A DNA stretch of 64,000 nt from an uncultured Bacteriovoracaceae bacterium (GCA_964600235.1 CAZRIV010000008.1:7683-71682); one strand, 5' to 3'. Counted from the first letter of the stretch, positions 42,667 to 52,943 are shown. The notes: generated from the sequence alone by a model not told the origin. Numbers and translations are program-made.

Positions 42667-43440
42667 CTATTCCCGGTCTTCCTGATCCGACTCATCAGTA
42701 GCGGCAGCGGGCTCTTCCTGAACCGTCTCGCCGGATTCTTCTTCCGCCACCCGGGCAACGGGGGCCTGCTTCGCAGATAGTTCAGCGATCCAGAGCGGAT
42801 GGCGGTGCTCGGCATAGTCGCGCCGGATCTTCCCGGTGAGGATGGCCCGGATCATGGGCCGGTTGGGCCTGATAAGTATGGCCGCCATGTGGGCGAAGAA
42901 GGCCAGCACGAAGAGGATGAAGAAGAGGTTGTGCGCCCAGGTGGCCATAAGCACCAGTGCCAGGGACATGTCCGGGGCGAAGAGGTTCTTCCAGGTCTTT
43001 ATGAGCCCGCTCGCGATGAGCCCTGCGATGATGAGGGCTATCCCCACGTAGGCAAGGCGCTGTTCCGGGAGGTACTTGGCAAAGGGCGGCTCCTCGCCCT
43101 TGCCGAAGAGACTCCTGATCACATCCCAGGACTCCCTGAGGTCTCCTTTCTTCGGCAGTATGGACCTGTGCCCCATGAACCCATGGTATATTACATGAAA
43201 CAGGCTCATGCCCACAAAGACCACCGAGGCCGCATAGTGCAGGTAGAGCGAGAAGATGTAGTCGCCCGACCACCTCAGACCAGGGATCTCGGTGATGAAG
43301 TAGCGCCTGGCAATGGGGAGTTCGAAGAGTCCGGTAAGAATAAGTACGAGACCGGATATGGCGATGGCCCAGTGCTCGGCCAGAACGACGATGTCGTGGC
43401 GCTTCACCAGGTCCCGTGCATCAGAGGCTTGCCTACTCAT
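42667..43440 (-). CDS. b-type cytochrome membrane subunit (FdnI/HydC formate-dehydrogenase-gamma-like)
   Basis: Four-five TM helices with conserved His pairs (EHWAI..., LYLHYAAS, WAHNLFF). It overlaps the upstream Fe-S subunit gene. Confidence 0.8.
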   Translation of the reverse strand: MSRQASDARDLVKRHDIVVLAEHWAIAISGLVLILTGLFELPIARRYFITEIPGLRWSGDYIFSLYLHYAASVVFVGMSLFHVIYHGFMGHRSILPKKGDLRESWDVIRSLFGKGEEPPFAKYLPEQRLAYVGIALIIAGLIASGLIKTWKNLFAPDMSLALVLMATWAHNLFFILFVLAFFAHMAAILIRPNRPMIRAILTGKIRRDYAEHRHPLWIAELSAKQAPVARVAEEESGETVQEEPAAATDESDQEDRE

Positions 43441-44419
43441 GGTCGTTCTCCTTCCTGTTCTTCAACCGCGCCACAGCAACGGCAGCCACCCCTGCGATGA
43501 TCCCGACCGCCGGTGAGGCCAGCACGGCCGCTCCCATGGGGTCGGTCTTTTCCATATTCCGGACCGCCTTGCCCAGGTGGGGCCTGCCCGGCCCTTTCTC
43601 GATGGCCGCGTTCAGCTCCTCGAAGGGCACCGGCGAGACGTACAGGGTGGAGGTGCCTCCGTTCTCGTCCTTGCCGTAGATGAACCCGTTCATGGCCGCG
43701 GCCCTCTTTTCGGCCTGGGCGAAGATCTCTTCTTTCGGCCCGATGAGCATGGCCTGTCTCGGGCAGGCCGTTATGCATGCAGGGTCCTGGCCTTTGACGA
43801 GCAGGTCCTGGCAGAGATCGCACTTGAACATGACCCCGTTGCCCGCCAGTTCGGGCAGGATTTTAAGGTAGATGCCCACGCCCGACTGCCGCTGGGGGAT
43901 GGACCAGGGGCACACCTCCCGGCACTTGGCGCCGCCGAAACAGATGTCCTGGTCAATGACCACGGCCCCGGTTTCGAACTTGTGATTGGCGGAAAAGGGG
44001 CAGATCGTTGCGCAGGCCGGGTTGTCGCAGTGCATGCACCGTCTCGGGACATACACGGTCATCTTCTCGCCCCCGCGCTCCACCTCGGCCTTCTGGACAA
44101 AGAGATAGTTGTACGGGGTGAGGCGGTTTTTTATCCCCTGCTTGTCCGAAAAATCCTCGATCTTGCCCCGTGGAAAGAGCTTCGGAATAGGCCGGGCCGG
44201 CTCGGGAACCACGCCAGCATTCTTGGCCCGGCAGGCCGCGACGCACGCCGGCGTCTCGCTCCCAGCGCATCCGTCGCACAGGCTCAGGTCAATGAGGGTG
44301 GCAAAGGCCCCGGGTTCTGCCGCCCGGGCAGATACGGGCAGGCCCACGGTACCGGCAAGGGCTGCACCGCCTGCCAGCTTCAGAAGCGATCTTCTCGTGA
44401 TTCCGGTCTTTTTGGTCAT
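43433..44419 (-). CDS. Tat-exported 4x[4Fe-4S] iron-sulfur subunit (FdnH/HybA/PsrB-like)
   Basis: Twin-arginine signal TRRSLLKLAGGAALAG and multiple CxxCxxCxxxCP clusters. No catalytic molybdo/NiFe subunit is adjacent. Confidence 0.85.
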   Translation of the reverse strand: MTKKTGITRRSLLKLAGGAALAGTVGLPVSARAAEPGAFATLIDLSLCDGCAGSETPACVAACRAKNAGVVPEPARPIPKLFPRGKIEDFSDKQGIKNRLTPYNYLFVQKAEVERGGEKMTVYVPRRCMHCDNPACATICPFSANHKFETGAVVIDQDICFGGAKCREVCPWSIPQRQSGVGIYLKILPELAGNGVMFKCDLCQDLLVKGQDPACITACPRQAMLIGPKEEIFAQAEKRAAAMNGFIYGKDENGGTSTLYVSPVPFEELNAAIEKGPGRPHLGKAVRNMEKTDPMGAAVLASPAVGIIAGVAAVAVARLKNRKENDHE

Positions 44420-44634
44420 GTCTCCTCCTGGAGAAACCTTGCAAGGTCGATTATCTTTTAAATATAGTATCTATTAAACCCCTGGGGAAGGGTATTACAG
44501 GAAAGAAAACCATAAAATCATTGATCCAGATCAACGAAGCGTTTTTTCTCAAGGGACAGGCTGTCACAGAATAGGTATCGATTCAAAGTTTCTCGCGGGA
44601 GAAGCCGATTCACTCGCCGCAGATGACACCCGGA

Positions 44635-45375
44635 TCAGGGATACTCGTCCTTGTGCCTGTGCGAATACTTCCCTCCTACGTGGACATGCGTATGCGTGTG
44701 CGGGGTTATGTCACGGACTTCTTCGATGCGCCCGTCTGCCAGGGAGTAGAAGGTTCCGGCCATCCTCGTGAGGAAGTCCATTTCGTGGGAGGTGATGAGA
44801 AAGGTCAGATCAAGGCCGTGAAGGATCTCCATGAGCCGGGTCTTGGTTGTGTGGTCGAGGCCGGCGGTGGGCTCGTCGAGGATGAGCACCTGCGGGTCCA
44901 TGGCCAACACGCTCGCCAGGGCCACCAGCTTCTTCTCACCATGCGAGAGCTTGTGGCTCACCCGGTTCTCGAAGTCGGCGATCCCGAGGGTCGCCAGGGT
45001 CCTTCGTGCGATGGAGCGGGCCTCGGCAGGAGACCTGCCGAGGTTGAGCGGCCCGAACGCCACGTCCTCCATGACCGTTGGGCAGAAGAGCTGGTCATCG
45101 GAGTTCTGGAAGAGGAACCCGATTTTCCTTCGCACCTCGATAAAGCCTCCTTCGTCCCGCACCGTTTGTCCGAAAACGCTGATACTGCCCGAGACAGGTC
45201 TGGCGAGGCCCATGATGAGGTGGAAGAGCGTGGTCTTTCCCGAGCCGTTGGGACCGATGATGCCGATCCTCTCGCCCCTGAGCGCCACCAGGCGGGCACG
45301 GTCCAGAACCTTTGGGCCTCCCGGGTATGCGTAGGTGACGTCCGTTATCTCGATTACCCTCTCATGTATCTGCAT
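44635..45375 (-). CDS. ECF-type (CbiO/NikO) transporter ATP-binding protein with His-rich C-terminal tail
   Basis: Walker A GPNGSGKTT and LSHGEKKLVALASVLA. C-terminal HTHTHVHVGGKYSHRHKDEY. The start is taken at MQIHERV. Confidence 0.85.
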   Translation of the reverse strand: MQIHERVIEITDVTYAYPGGPKVLDRARLVALRGERIGIIGPNGSGKTTLFHLIMGLARPVSGSISVFGQTVRDEGGFIEVRRKIGFLFQNSDDQLFCPTVMEDVAFGPLNLGRSPAEARSIARRTLATLGIADFENRVSHKLSHGEKKLVALASVLAMDPQVLILDEPTAGLDHTTKTRLMEILHGLDLTFLITSHEMDFLTRMAGTFYSLADGRIEEVRDITPHTHTHVHVGGKYSHRHKDEYP

Positions 45376-46111
45376 ATACGATCCCTGCGAGGACGAGACA
45401 TAGCACACCCAGACACAGTACATCCAGCCAGGAAATGGTGTCTGTTTCGACGCGCGGGAACTTCCCGTTGAACCCCCGGCAGAGCATGGCGGAGCGTATC
45501 CGCTGGGCCCGCTCGAAGCTGTTCACCAGGAGCATGCCCACCAGGTAGGCATAGCTCCGGTAGGTGTGTACGCTGGTGGAGGGCCGGAAACAACGCATCT
45601 TCATGGCATTGACGAGCCTGGCGTACTCGCTGGTTATCTCGCCGATGTAGCGGTACGTGAGAAAGAACAGGTAGGTTATCTTGTCGGGCACTTTCATGGC
45701 GCTCATGGCACGGGTCATGGCCGTGATGGAGGTGCTTGCCATGAAGGCCATGAGGGCGAGCACGAGGGCGTTGGCACGCAAGGTCGTGGCGGCCATGTAC
45801 GTGATCCCCTCCCTGCTCACGGCAAGCTCCCCGATCCCGAAGGCCTTTTCTCCCGGGATGCCCCAGGGGATGAAGAGCCAGAGGAAGGCCAGGAAGAGGT
45901 TGAAGGTGAACAGGCGCTGCAGGAGGACCCTGGCGGGAGGGTGTGCGAGCAGGACAAAGACCAGCGACAGTCCCAGCGAGAGCCCCAGGGCGCTCGGGGT
46001 CCGGAGGAAGGCGACAACCGTGGAAAAGACCACGATGCCCAGAAGCCTGGTGCGTGCGTCCGGGGAGAGAAGCGCCGAGCTGCCTGCAGTGGCCTGGTCG
46101 GAATCCATCAT
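45362..46111 (-). CDS. ECF transporter transmembrane (T) component CbiQ/NikQ
   Basis: 5-6 TM helices, the CbiQ-family ARG motif region, and its position in the operon. Confidence 0.8.
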   Translation of the reverse strand: MMDSDQATAGSSALLSPDARTRLLGIVVFSTVVAFLRTPSALGLSLGLSLVFVLLAHPPARVLLQRLFTFNLFLAFLWLFIPWGIPGEKAFGIGELAVSREGITYMAATTLRANALVLALMAFMASTSITAMTRAMSAMKVPDKITYLFFLTYRYIGEITSEYARLVNAMKMRCFRPSTSVHTYRSYAYLVGMLLVNSFERAQRIRSAMLCRGFNGKFPRVETDTISWLDVLCLGVLCLVLAGIVYADT

Positions 46112-46788
46112 GTATCGCTTCTTCGTCGTGCCTTGAAGTACATGATGATGCCCATGATACCGGCTATGTACCCGATGCCCCCGATGATGTCCGTCAGCGA
46201 TGTCTTGTCCTGGCCGAGGATCGTCACCTCGCGCAGCAGCGGGGCAAGCTTCCTGTCGAGTTCTTCGGCGATGATGGCACGTATCCGGTCTTCCTCGATG
46301 GCTGCAGTGCCTGGGGCAGCGGGATCATTTAAGGTGGCTGCCGCCGGAATCGCGACTGAGCGTCCCTGTTCTGGCTTCGCTGCGGCCTTGGCTGCAGCAT
46401 GAACAGGAGCCTTATGCCTCTCCGGTGATGCCTCCCGGGCAGGAGTCTCCTTCCCGCCCTCCACAATACACTCGGCGCGGTGCCCCATGGACCCGGTGAG
46501 TACGACCCTTACCTCCGGGACGTCCGGCATGGGAAAGGAGAATACCCCCATCTCGTCGGTCTTCCCCTCGAGGAGCTTCTTACCGTCTTTGGCGAACACC
46601 TCCACCAGGGAGTTCTCCGCCTTCTTCCCGTCGGCGAAGTACCCCTCCAGGTGAACACGGCCCCCTTCGAGATAGCCGAATACCATGACCTTGTGCGCGT
46701 ATGCCGGCGTGTTCGCCATGGTTGCGGCCAGCATGCACACCAGCGCCGCCATGCAGGGCCACAGCCGTTTTCGAGTTCCCATATTCAC
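46108..46788 (-). CDS. Membrane-anchored periplasmic accessory protein of the Ni/Co ECF operon (NikL/CbiL-like, uncertain)
   Basis: Signal peptide, His-containing HKVMVFGYLEGGRVHLEGYF, an Ala/Pro-rich linker and a C-terminal TM anchor. It overlaps both neighbours. Confidence 0.45.
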   Translation of the reverse strand: MNMGTRKRLWPCMAALVCMLAATMANTPAYAHKVMVFGYLEGGRVHLEGYFADGKKAENSLVEVFAKDGKKLLEGKTDEMGVFSFPMPDVPEVRVVLTGSMGHRAECIVEGGKETPAREASPERHKAPVHAAAKAAAKPEQGRSVAIPAAATLNDPAAPGTAAIEEDRIRAIIAEELDRKLAPLLREVTILGQDKTSLTDIIGGIGYIAGIMGIIMYFKARRRSDT

Positions 46789-47384
46789 ACCTCCATGATC
46801 TCCGGTTTCACCTTTTTCAGAAAGATCAGCGCAAAGGCGGTGACAATGCCCTCGATCACCATCACGGGGACGTGCGCCGCCAGCACCACCTTGGCGGTAA
46901 AGAGAAAGGCCTTCTCGGTGAGCACCAGGGTGGCCCCCACGGCGAAGATGCTCAACGTCAGCGAAACGAATCCGCAGGCAAACCCCGCCAGACCCGCCAT
47001 TTCCACTTTGCCCGAGCGGACCATGCCCCTGAACAGGTAGTGACAGATCACCGCGGGCAGGGCCATGTTCACCGTATTAACGCCCAATGTGGTCAGCCCC
47101 CCGAACTGGAACAGCACCCCCTGCAGGAGCAGGGCGATCATGATGGCGGGAAAGGCGGCCCACCCGAGCAGCAGGCCCATGAGGCCGTTGAGAACGAGGT
47201 GGACACTGGTGGGCCCGATGGGGACATGGATGAGCGACGCCACGAAGAAGGCCGACGAGAGCACCCCCACCTTGGGGATGCCCTGGGTGTCTATCTTCTT
47301 CATGCCATAGGCCGCTCCGGCAGCCGCAAGCACCCAGCCTGCTGCAAGGACCTGCGGCGAGCAGATGCCTTCTGAGATGTGCAT
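46785..47384 (-). CDS. Ni/Co ECF transporter substrate-capture component CbiM/NikM
   Basis: The N-terminal MHI...EG motif (MHISEGICSP) is diagnostic of CbiM/NikM. 6-7 TM helices. Confidence 0.85.
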   Translation of the reverse strand: MHISEGICSPQVLAAGWVLAAAGAAYGMKKIDTQGIPKVGVLSSAFFVASLIHVPIGPTSVHLVLNGLMGLLLGWAAFPAIMIALLLQGVLFQFGGLTTLGVNTVNMALPAVICHYLFRGMVRSGKVEMAGLAGFACGFVSLTLSIFAVGATLVLTEKAFLFTAKVVLAAHVPVMVIEGIVTAFALIFLKKVKPEIMEV

Positions 47385-47387
47385 GGG

Positions 47388-48143
47388 CTACTTCATCTCG
47401 TGGAACTTCACCCAGAGCACGGCACCGAGTTCCACGTCCTTGTCCTTGATCTTCTCTTTCGACGTGTTCAGGGCCGCGAAACCCCACCACCCGGCCTTGG
47501 GCGCCGCATACGTGAAGACCCCGTTGGCATCGGTCCTGACGACCTGGGTGACAAAACAGTCGTCAGGGGCCTTGTACCTCTTTGCCTGGTTGTAGTACTC
47601 CACCTCCACGTCGCAGTCCGGCACGGGCTTCCCGTCGAGCTTCACCACGCCCTGGAACACGTTCCCGGCATAGAGGCCGAAGGGCCTGGTCATAGGAACG
47701 ATCTCGGTGGCTAGCCCCACCTCCGCGTCCCACCCCTCTTCCAGGCCAAACGCGCTCATAATGACCTTGGTGTAGTGGATGATGTAGCAGTCTTCCGCCG
47801 GTTCCCAGTACGGTTTGGGTACCATGTAGAAGCTGTACACCCCTGGTTTCTTTATGGTGTACGAGGCCTCCCATGCCTTCTGGCCGTGGGCCTTGATCTC
47901 CTTGAGATTCCCTGACAGGTCTGCCTTTTCCTTGCCGGTCATGACTCCGAACTGCTCCGGTTTCTCAAGCGGCATACCCTGCATCTCGAAGGGGTGGGCG
48001 AACATGAGCCTGAGGCTCACCTGCCTGGGGTCACCCTGGGAGACGATATCGTCGGACGGGATAACCATGCCGAAGTGGGCATGGGCCCCCTGGGCAAAGA
48101 GCAGAAACGATGCCGCCGCGATGAGAAGCACCCTGCTGGTCAT
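47388..48143 (-). CDS. DUF4198-domain periplasmic protein (putative Ni/Co-binding NikK-like component)
   Basis: Signal peptide, then mature HFGMVIP... (N-terminal His typical of the family). It is first in the ECF operon. Confidence 0.7.
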   Translation of the reverse strand: MTSRVLLIAAASFLLFAQGAHAHFGMVIPSDDIVSQGDPRQVSLRLMFAHPFEMQGMPLEKPEQFGVMTGKEKADLSGNLKEIKAHGQKAWEASYTIKKPGVYSFYMVPKPYWEPAEDCYIIHYTKVIMSAFGLEEGWDAEVGLATEIVPMTRPFGLYAGNVFQGVVKLDGKPVPDCDVEVEYYNQAKRYKAPDDCFVTQVVRTDANGVFTYAAPKAGWWGFAALNTSKEKIKDKDVELGAVLWVKFHEMK

Positions 48144-48414
48144 GAAACACCTCCATGGAGTGGTATGGGCTCCACCTATACCACCTTGAGAGACCATGGA
48201 CAAGATCATAGTGCTACGTTTGTTAATTTAGTAGCACCAATGCTCCTTCTTTTCTTAGCCCGCAGCAAGCTGCGAGGTATCAAAAACAAAGGCAGGGAAC
48301 GAAGCACGCTTCGAGGAATTAACCCGGTAGAGATTTAAAAGGGTATTATCCGCATGATTTAGAAAAAACCCCGTTTGGAGCTACTGAAGATACGGTATCC
48401 TAATGTTATCCCTT

Positions 48415-49728
48415 TCAGGACCGTTTGTGGGGTACACGTCCCTTTGCTGCGTGTGCTGCGGCCTGCATACCGGCCTGGTCCTTGGAGAAGTGTTCCCTGA
48501 TGATGAGCCTTGAGAGCATGTCGGCCTGGATATGGAAACGCTTGCTCAACACCAGGGCACACCCGATGGTGATGGCCTCGCCCGTATCCTTGTTCCTGGC
48601 AAAACCCACGAACCAGTTGCGCCTGCCCCTGGGGTTGTCGCCGTCCATGCTTCCGCTCTTGGCGCCCATTGCAAGGTTCTTGAGCACCCTGTCCGAGTTC
48701 ACTCCCCTGAAGCTTTTCGCCACGGTGCCCGACTTAACGGTCTTCTCCATCATGGCCCGCAGGCTCTCTGCCGTGCCGGCCCTCATGACAGGGACCCTCT
48801 CGTCCCTTTCCGTACGCACCAGCCTCGGTCTGACCATGTAGCCCCCGTTCAGGGCCGGGGTCACCATCTCTGCGGCATGGAGCGGCGATATGCGGGTCTG
48901 CCTGTTGAAACCGCTTGCCAGCTCTGCAAGGTCGTATTCATCCTCGGGCGTGAAGAGGACGGATGCGGGAGATTCGAAGACCCTCAGGGGCGATTGCCCG
49001 AACCCCATCTTCATCGCGGTCATGGTAATGGGAGTTTCGCCGAGATATATCGACCCGAGCTTTCCGAATATGACGTTGTTCGATTTGGCAAAGGCATCAG
49101 TGAGGGTTACGTCCGCGCTCCACCTGTCCCTCTTGTTTGTGAGCTGTCTTTTGTAGAGGGTATGGGCATTGCCGGTGTAGAAGAACCTGGTGTCCCCTCG
49201 AAACCCTTTCTGCTCGATGGCGGCCGTTGCCGTGACCAGCTTGAAGATGCTCGCTGCGATCTCAGGATCGAGCGCCAGGGTACAGTCTTCGCCTTCAGGC
49301 GACTTTCCATAGGCTGCAAGGATGTCACCGTTCTTTGAGTCCATGACGACCACTGCCCCGTGATAGAGCTTGTACCTGGCAGACATATCGGTGATGAACT
49401 GCTGGAGCTCCCAGTCGATGGTGAGGTTGCATTTCTTGATCAGATCCTCGCTGATATGGACGAGATCGTCTTTTCTCAAGGCCGCGGGCTTTGCCGGCAC
49501 CTGCGTCTGCCTGGGGGGTGCGTATCCCTTTGCCGTGGCCATATGGGCTGCTGAAGACTTGACCGAAGAGGCATCGCCGCCTTTGGCAGCAACCTTGTCC
49601 CTTCCGTCCGGGGCCAGGAGGAACCACGCAGCCAGCAGGACAATCAGGAGCAGAAGATGCCGAAGACGCGGAAAGCGTCTTCTCTTCTTTTTCAGCAGAT
49701 ATGAGTCATCATAAACGTACTTGCCCAT
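48415..49728 (-). CDS. Penicillin-binding protein 2 / peptidoglycan D,D-transpeptidase
   Basis: N-terminal TM anchor, a dimerisation domain and a transpeptidase domain with STFK-, SxN- and KSG-type motifs (e.g. GFGQSPL..., KSGTVAKSFR...). Confidence 0.85.
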   Translation of the reverse strand: MGKYVYDDSYLLKKKRRRFPRLRHLLLLIVLLAAWFLLAPDGRDKVAAKGGDASSVKSSAAHMATAKGYAPPRQTQVPAKPAALRKDDLVHISEDLIKKCNLTIDWELQQFITDMSARYKLYHGAVVVMDSKNGDILAAYGKSPEGEDCTLALDPEIAASIFKLVTATAAIEQKGFRGDTRFFYTGNAHTLYKRQLTNKRDRWSADVTLTDAFAKSNNVIFGKLGSIYLGETPITMTAMKMGFGQSPLRVFESPASVLFTPEDEYDLAELASGFNRQTRISPLHAAEMVTPALNGGYMVRPRLVRTERDERVPVMRAGTAESLRAMMEKTVKSGTVAKSFRGVNSDRVLKNLAMGAKSGSMDGDNPRGRRNWFVGFARNKDTGEAITIGCALVLSKRFHIQADMLSRLIIREHFSKDQAGMQAAAHAAKGRVPHKRS

Positions 49729-49979
49729 AGGTCGATATTTAATCGGTTTTTTACACAGGTGGATACGTTATGTCAATCAAGATAGACTCTGGTGGTTATA
49801 TTTTCCTCAATTCCGAACTGCACCTCAGACAGGCAGCAAAAGCTCCGGTATGCCCGGACACGCACAGGGTAAACAATGGTCCTCGCCGGCACGCCGGTCT
49901 CGGGTTTTCCATGCACGGATCTTCCACTTTTCACCCGGACGTTTCGATGATAAGACTTTCATGGTAAGAACGGAGCCCC

Positions 49980-50546
49980 ATGAAGAGAGGAAACGACCAC
50001 ATATGCCCGGTGGAACGGGCAGACCATCTCGATACGAGGGTCCGCAGGTGGGTGCAGAATCCCCGCAGGATCCTGGGGCCATTCATCCAGGAGGGGATGA
50101 CGGTCCTGGAGGTCGGGTGCGGTCCGGGCTTCTTCTCCCTCGACCTGGCATGGATGGTCGGAGAGGCCGGCCGGGTCATTGCCTGCGATCTGCAGGAAGG
50201 GATGCTGCATAAGGTCAGGAAAAAAATCTGCGGGACGGAACTTGAAGGACGCATCACTTTGCACAGATGTGATCACGACCGCATAGGCATTTCAGAGCCA
50301 GTGGATTTTGTTCTGGCCTTTTACATGGTCCACGAGGTCCCCGATCAGGAAGCGTTCTTCCGCGAGATACGCTCGATCCTGAAGCCGGCCGGACAGGTTC
50401 TCGTGGTGGAACCGCCTTTCCATGTTTCCATGGCTGCGTTTGGAAAAACCCTCGAAAGGGCCCGTGCCGGAGGACTGGTGCCTGTTCAGAGGCCGAGGGT
50501 GCTTTTCAGCAAGGCGGTCCTCCTGAAAAAGGCGGGGGCATCTTAG
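49980..50546 (+). CDS. Class I SAM-dependent methyltransferase
   Basis: Motif I VLEVGCGPGFF and an acidic loop. Confidence 0.8.
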   Translation: MKRGNDHICPVERADHLDTRVRRWVQNPRRILGPFIQEGMTVLEVGCGPGFFSLDLAWMVGEAGRVIACDLQEGMLHKVRKKICGTELEGRITLHRCDHDRIGISEPVDFVLAFYMVHEVPDQEAFFREIRSILKPAGQVLVVEPPFHVSMAAFGKTLERARAGGLVPVQRPRVLFSKAVLLKKAGAS

Positions 50547-50590
50547 GGATATATTGTCCGTTGAGCTTTGACGCGAGAAAGGAGGTCTCC

Positions 50591-51790
50591 ATGCAGACTG
50601 GAAGGAAAAAAGTTCTGGTCCTCATAAAGGGGATAATCCTCGTGGCGGCAGTTCTGGCACTGTCCGCAATCTCATCAGGCCTATGGGGCGAAAAGGCCCA
50701 TTCGGAGAATGCACCGCCCATATTCATGCCCGACCCCACCATGTCCCCCCGCACCCTTGCCCGGGAGTCCCAGGTGACTGAACACGCTATTTTGAAAGGC
50801 CTGTCGCTGAACGGGGTAAAGGACCTCGACAGAAGCCTGAAAGACCTCGGCATAGCCCCGTCCCAGGCGATGCAGGCAATTAAGCGCGCCCGGGCCATAG
50901 GCGCCGAGGAATCGTCCAAAAACTGGAAAAAGATTGTCGTAAAGTTCTTCCTCTGGGCAGCCTTCCTCACGATGGTCTTCATCCTTATGCATAAACGGGC
51001 CGTAACAACAGGCAGACGGAAAGCCCTCTATCTGGCTGCATTGACCCTTTTCGGCATCGTGCTGGGGTCCGACCCCAACCCCATGGGTACGGTCAAGGAC
51101 GCCATTGTGCTCTACGGTCAATCCGGCGGGATCTTCCCGCCCAGGTTGATCGCCTTTGCAATCTTCATGGCCATGGTCATCGCGGCCAACAAGTTCATCT
51201 GTTCCTGGGGTTGCCAGCTCGGCACGCTGCAGGACCTGCTCTTCCGTATCAACAGGAACGAAAAAGACAGGGCAGGCGTCTTCAGACAGTACAAGGTCCC
51301 GTTCGTCATCACCAATTCCATCAGGGTGGTCTTCTTTGCGGCCATTACCATAGCCTCTCTTGCCTGGGCCTTGGACATCGCAGGGCCCATAGACCCGTTC
51401 AAGGTGTTTCATCCCTGGGCATTTGTCTTTCCCGGAGCGGTGTTCGCCGGGGTTGTCCTTGCGGCGAGTCTCTTCGTCTATCGGCCATGGTGCCATTTCT
51501 TCTGTCCCTTCGGCCTCGTGGGTTGGCTAGGCGAAAAGATCAGCATCGCAAAGATCCGGGTGAACTATGACACCTGTATCGCCTGCGGCGCCTGCGAAAA
51601 GGCATGCCCGTCCACGGTCATGGAGGCCATCCTCAAACAGGACCGCATCATACCCGACTGCTTCGCCTGCGGCACCTGCATCCACACCTGCCCCACCGAT
51701 TCCATCATCTTCGCTGTGGGCAGGAGACCCAGGCCCCCTCAGAATAAATTCGCCGGGAACATACCCCGGGAACAATCTCCCGGAGAATAG
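50591..51790 (+). CDS. Membrane-integral 4Fe-4S polyferredoxin-like protein (NapH/MauN-like)
   Basis: RBS AAAGGAGG before ATG 50591. Several TM helices with CxxC and a C-terminal CIACGACEKACP...CFACGTCIHTCP. Confidence 0.8.
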   Translation: MQTGRKKVLVLIKGIILVAAVLALSAISSGLWGEKAHSENAPPIFMPDPTMSPRTLARESQVTEHAILKGLSLNGVKDLDRSLKDLGIAPSQAMQAIKRARAIGAEESSKNWKKIVVKFFLWAAFLTMVFILMHKRAVTTGRRKALYLAALTLFGIVLGSDPNPMGTVKDAIVLYGQSGGIFPPRLIAFAIFMAMVIAANKFICSWGCQLGTLQDLLFRINRNEKDRAGVFRQYKVPFVITNSIRVVFFAAITIASLAWALDIAGPIDPFKVFHPWAFVFPGAVFAGVVLAASLFVYRPWCHFFCPFGLVGWLGEKISIAKIRVNYDTCIACGACEKACPSTVMEAILKQDRIIPDCFACGTCIHTCPTDSIIFAVGRRPRPPQNKFAGNIPREQSPGE

Positions 51791-52009
51791 GCGATGGAAA
51801 CCTTGTCCAGAGGATCAGAGGTCTGGCGTTCGAAAAATTGAGAGAGATCCTGCAGAAGAGGGTACCATGAGGCCTTCTCTTCCCGGCGGCCCTACATGCC
51901 GGGCACCCCATGAGCGGTCCGTGGAAATCCACTGTACTCTGGATGAAAGGACTGATAGGGAACATAACCAGGTATTCCGACAGAATCTTTAGGGGGGGAA
52001 ACAGGTATA

Positions 52010-52927
52010 TTGAGTATGCTGTTCAGAGTCGCAGGTCTGATCGCTTTTGGTATGGCGTTCTTGTGCCCTGCCGCCTTTGGGGCTGAAGCTTCCCACGGCA
52101 TGACCTGCTTCCAGGCAGTCGTCCTGGGTATCACCGAGGGGCTCACCGAGTACCTGCCTGTGAGCTCCACCGGCCATCTGTACCTGGCCAGCCGCCTGTT
52201 GGGGCTTGGGAATACCGAGGCAGGCAAGACAGCCTCGGACGCCTACGTGATCGCCATCCAGATCGGGGCCATCCTGGCCGTGGTGTGGCTCTACCCGAAA
52301 CGGATCTTCTCAATGGCTCTTGGGTTTCTGGGGCGCGACAGGGCAGGGCTGTCCCTGGCAATGAACACGGCCGCCGCCTTCCTCCCTGCAGCCGTCATCG
52401 GCCTTGCCTTCGGTGACCTCATCAAGGAGCACCTCTTCGGCCTGTGGCCCGTGACACTTGCCTGGCTTGCAGGGGGCGTCGCCATCCTCACTGTGGCGAA
52501 AGGCATACACCGCAGCGCCGGGGAGGGGGCAGGCCTCGAGGGTCTGAGCATGCGCATGGCCGTCATCATCGGTCTGATCCAATGCATCGCCATGTGGCCC
52601 GGCGTGAGCAGGAGCCTGGTCACGATCCTGGGAGGCGTACTGGTGGGGCTCTCGGTCCAGGCCGCCGTGGAGTTCAGCTTTCTGCTGGGCCTCATCACAC
52701 TGGGCGCCGCCACATGCTACGAGATTTTCAGGGAAGGGCCGGCCATGCTACTCCAGTTCGGCCTGGTATCGCCTGTGATCGGCATCATTACCGCCTTCTT
52801 CTCCGCCGTGGCCGCAGTGAAGTGGATGGTAGCCTACCTCAACCGGCACGGGCTGGAGATCTTCGGGTACTACCGGATCGTGCTGGGTGTGTGCGTAATG
52901 GCGCTTATCCTGGCAGATTTTTTCTGA
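52010..52927 (+). CDS. uppP: Undecaprenyl-diphosphate phosphatase UppP/BacA
   Basis: VVLGITEGLTEYLPVSSTGHL is the hallmark motif. The start may be the internal MTCFQ (52100), since the first 30 aa look like an extension. Confidence 0.9.
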   Translation: MSMLFRVAGLIAFGMAFLCPAAFGAEASHGMTCFQAVVLGITEGLTEYLPVSSTGHLYLASRLLGLGNTEAGKTASDAYVIAIQIGAILAVVWLYPKRIFSMALGFLGRDRAGLSLAMNTAAAFLPAAVIGLAFGDLIKEHLFGLWPVTLAWLAGGVAILTVAKGIHRSAGEGAGLEGLSMRMAVIIGLIQCIAMWPGVSRSLVTILGGVLVGLSVQAAVEFSFLLGLITLGAATCYEIFREGPAMLLQFGLVSPVIGIITAFFSAVAAVKWMVAYLNRHGLEIFGYYRIVLGVCVMALILADFF

Positions 52928-52943
52928 TATAAGGATCGCCGCC

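Noticed and set aside
48210-48415. Possible cobalamin or NiCo riboswitch upstream of the Ni/Co ECF operon
   Set aside because: No B12-box (GCCACTG) or other conserved riboswitch core could be recognised by eye. A covariance-model search would be needed.
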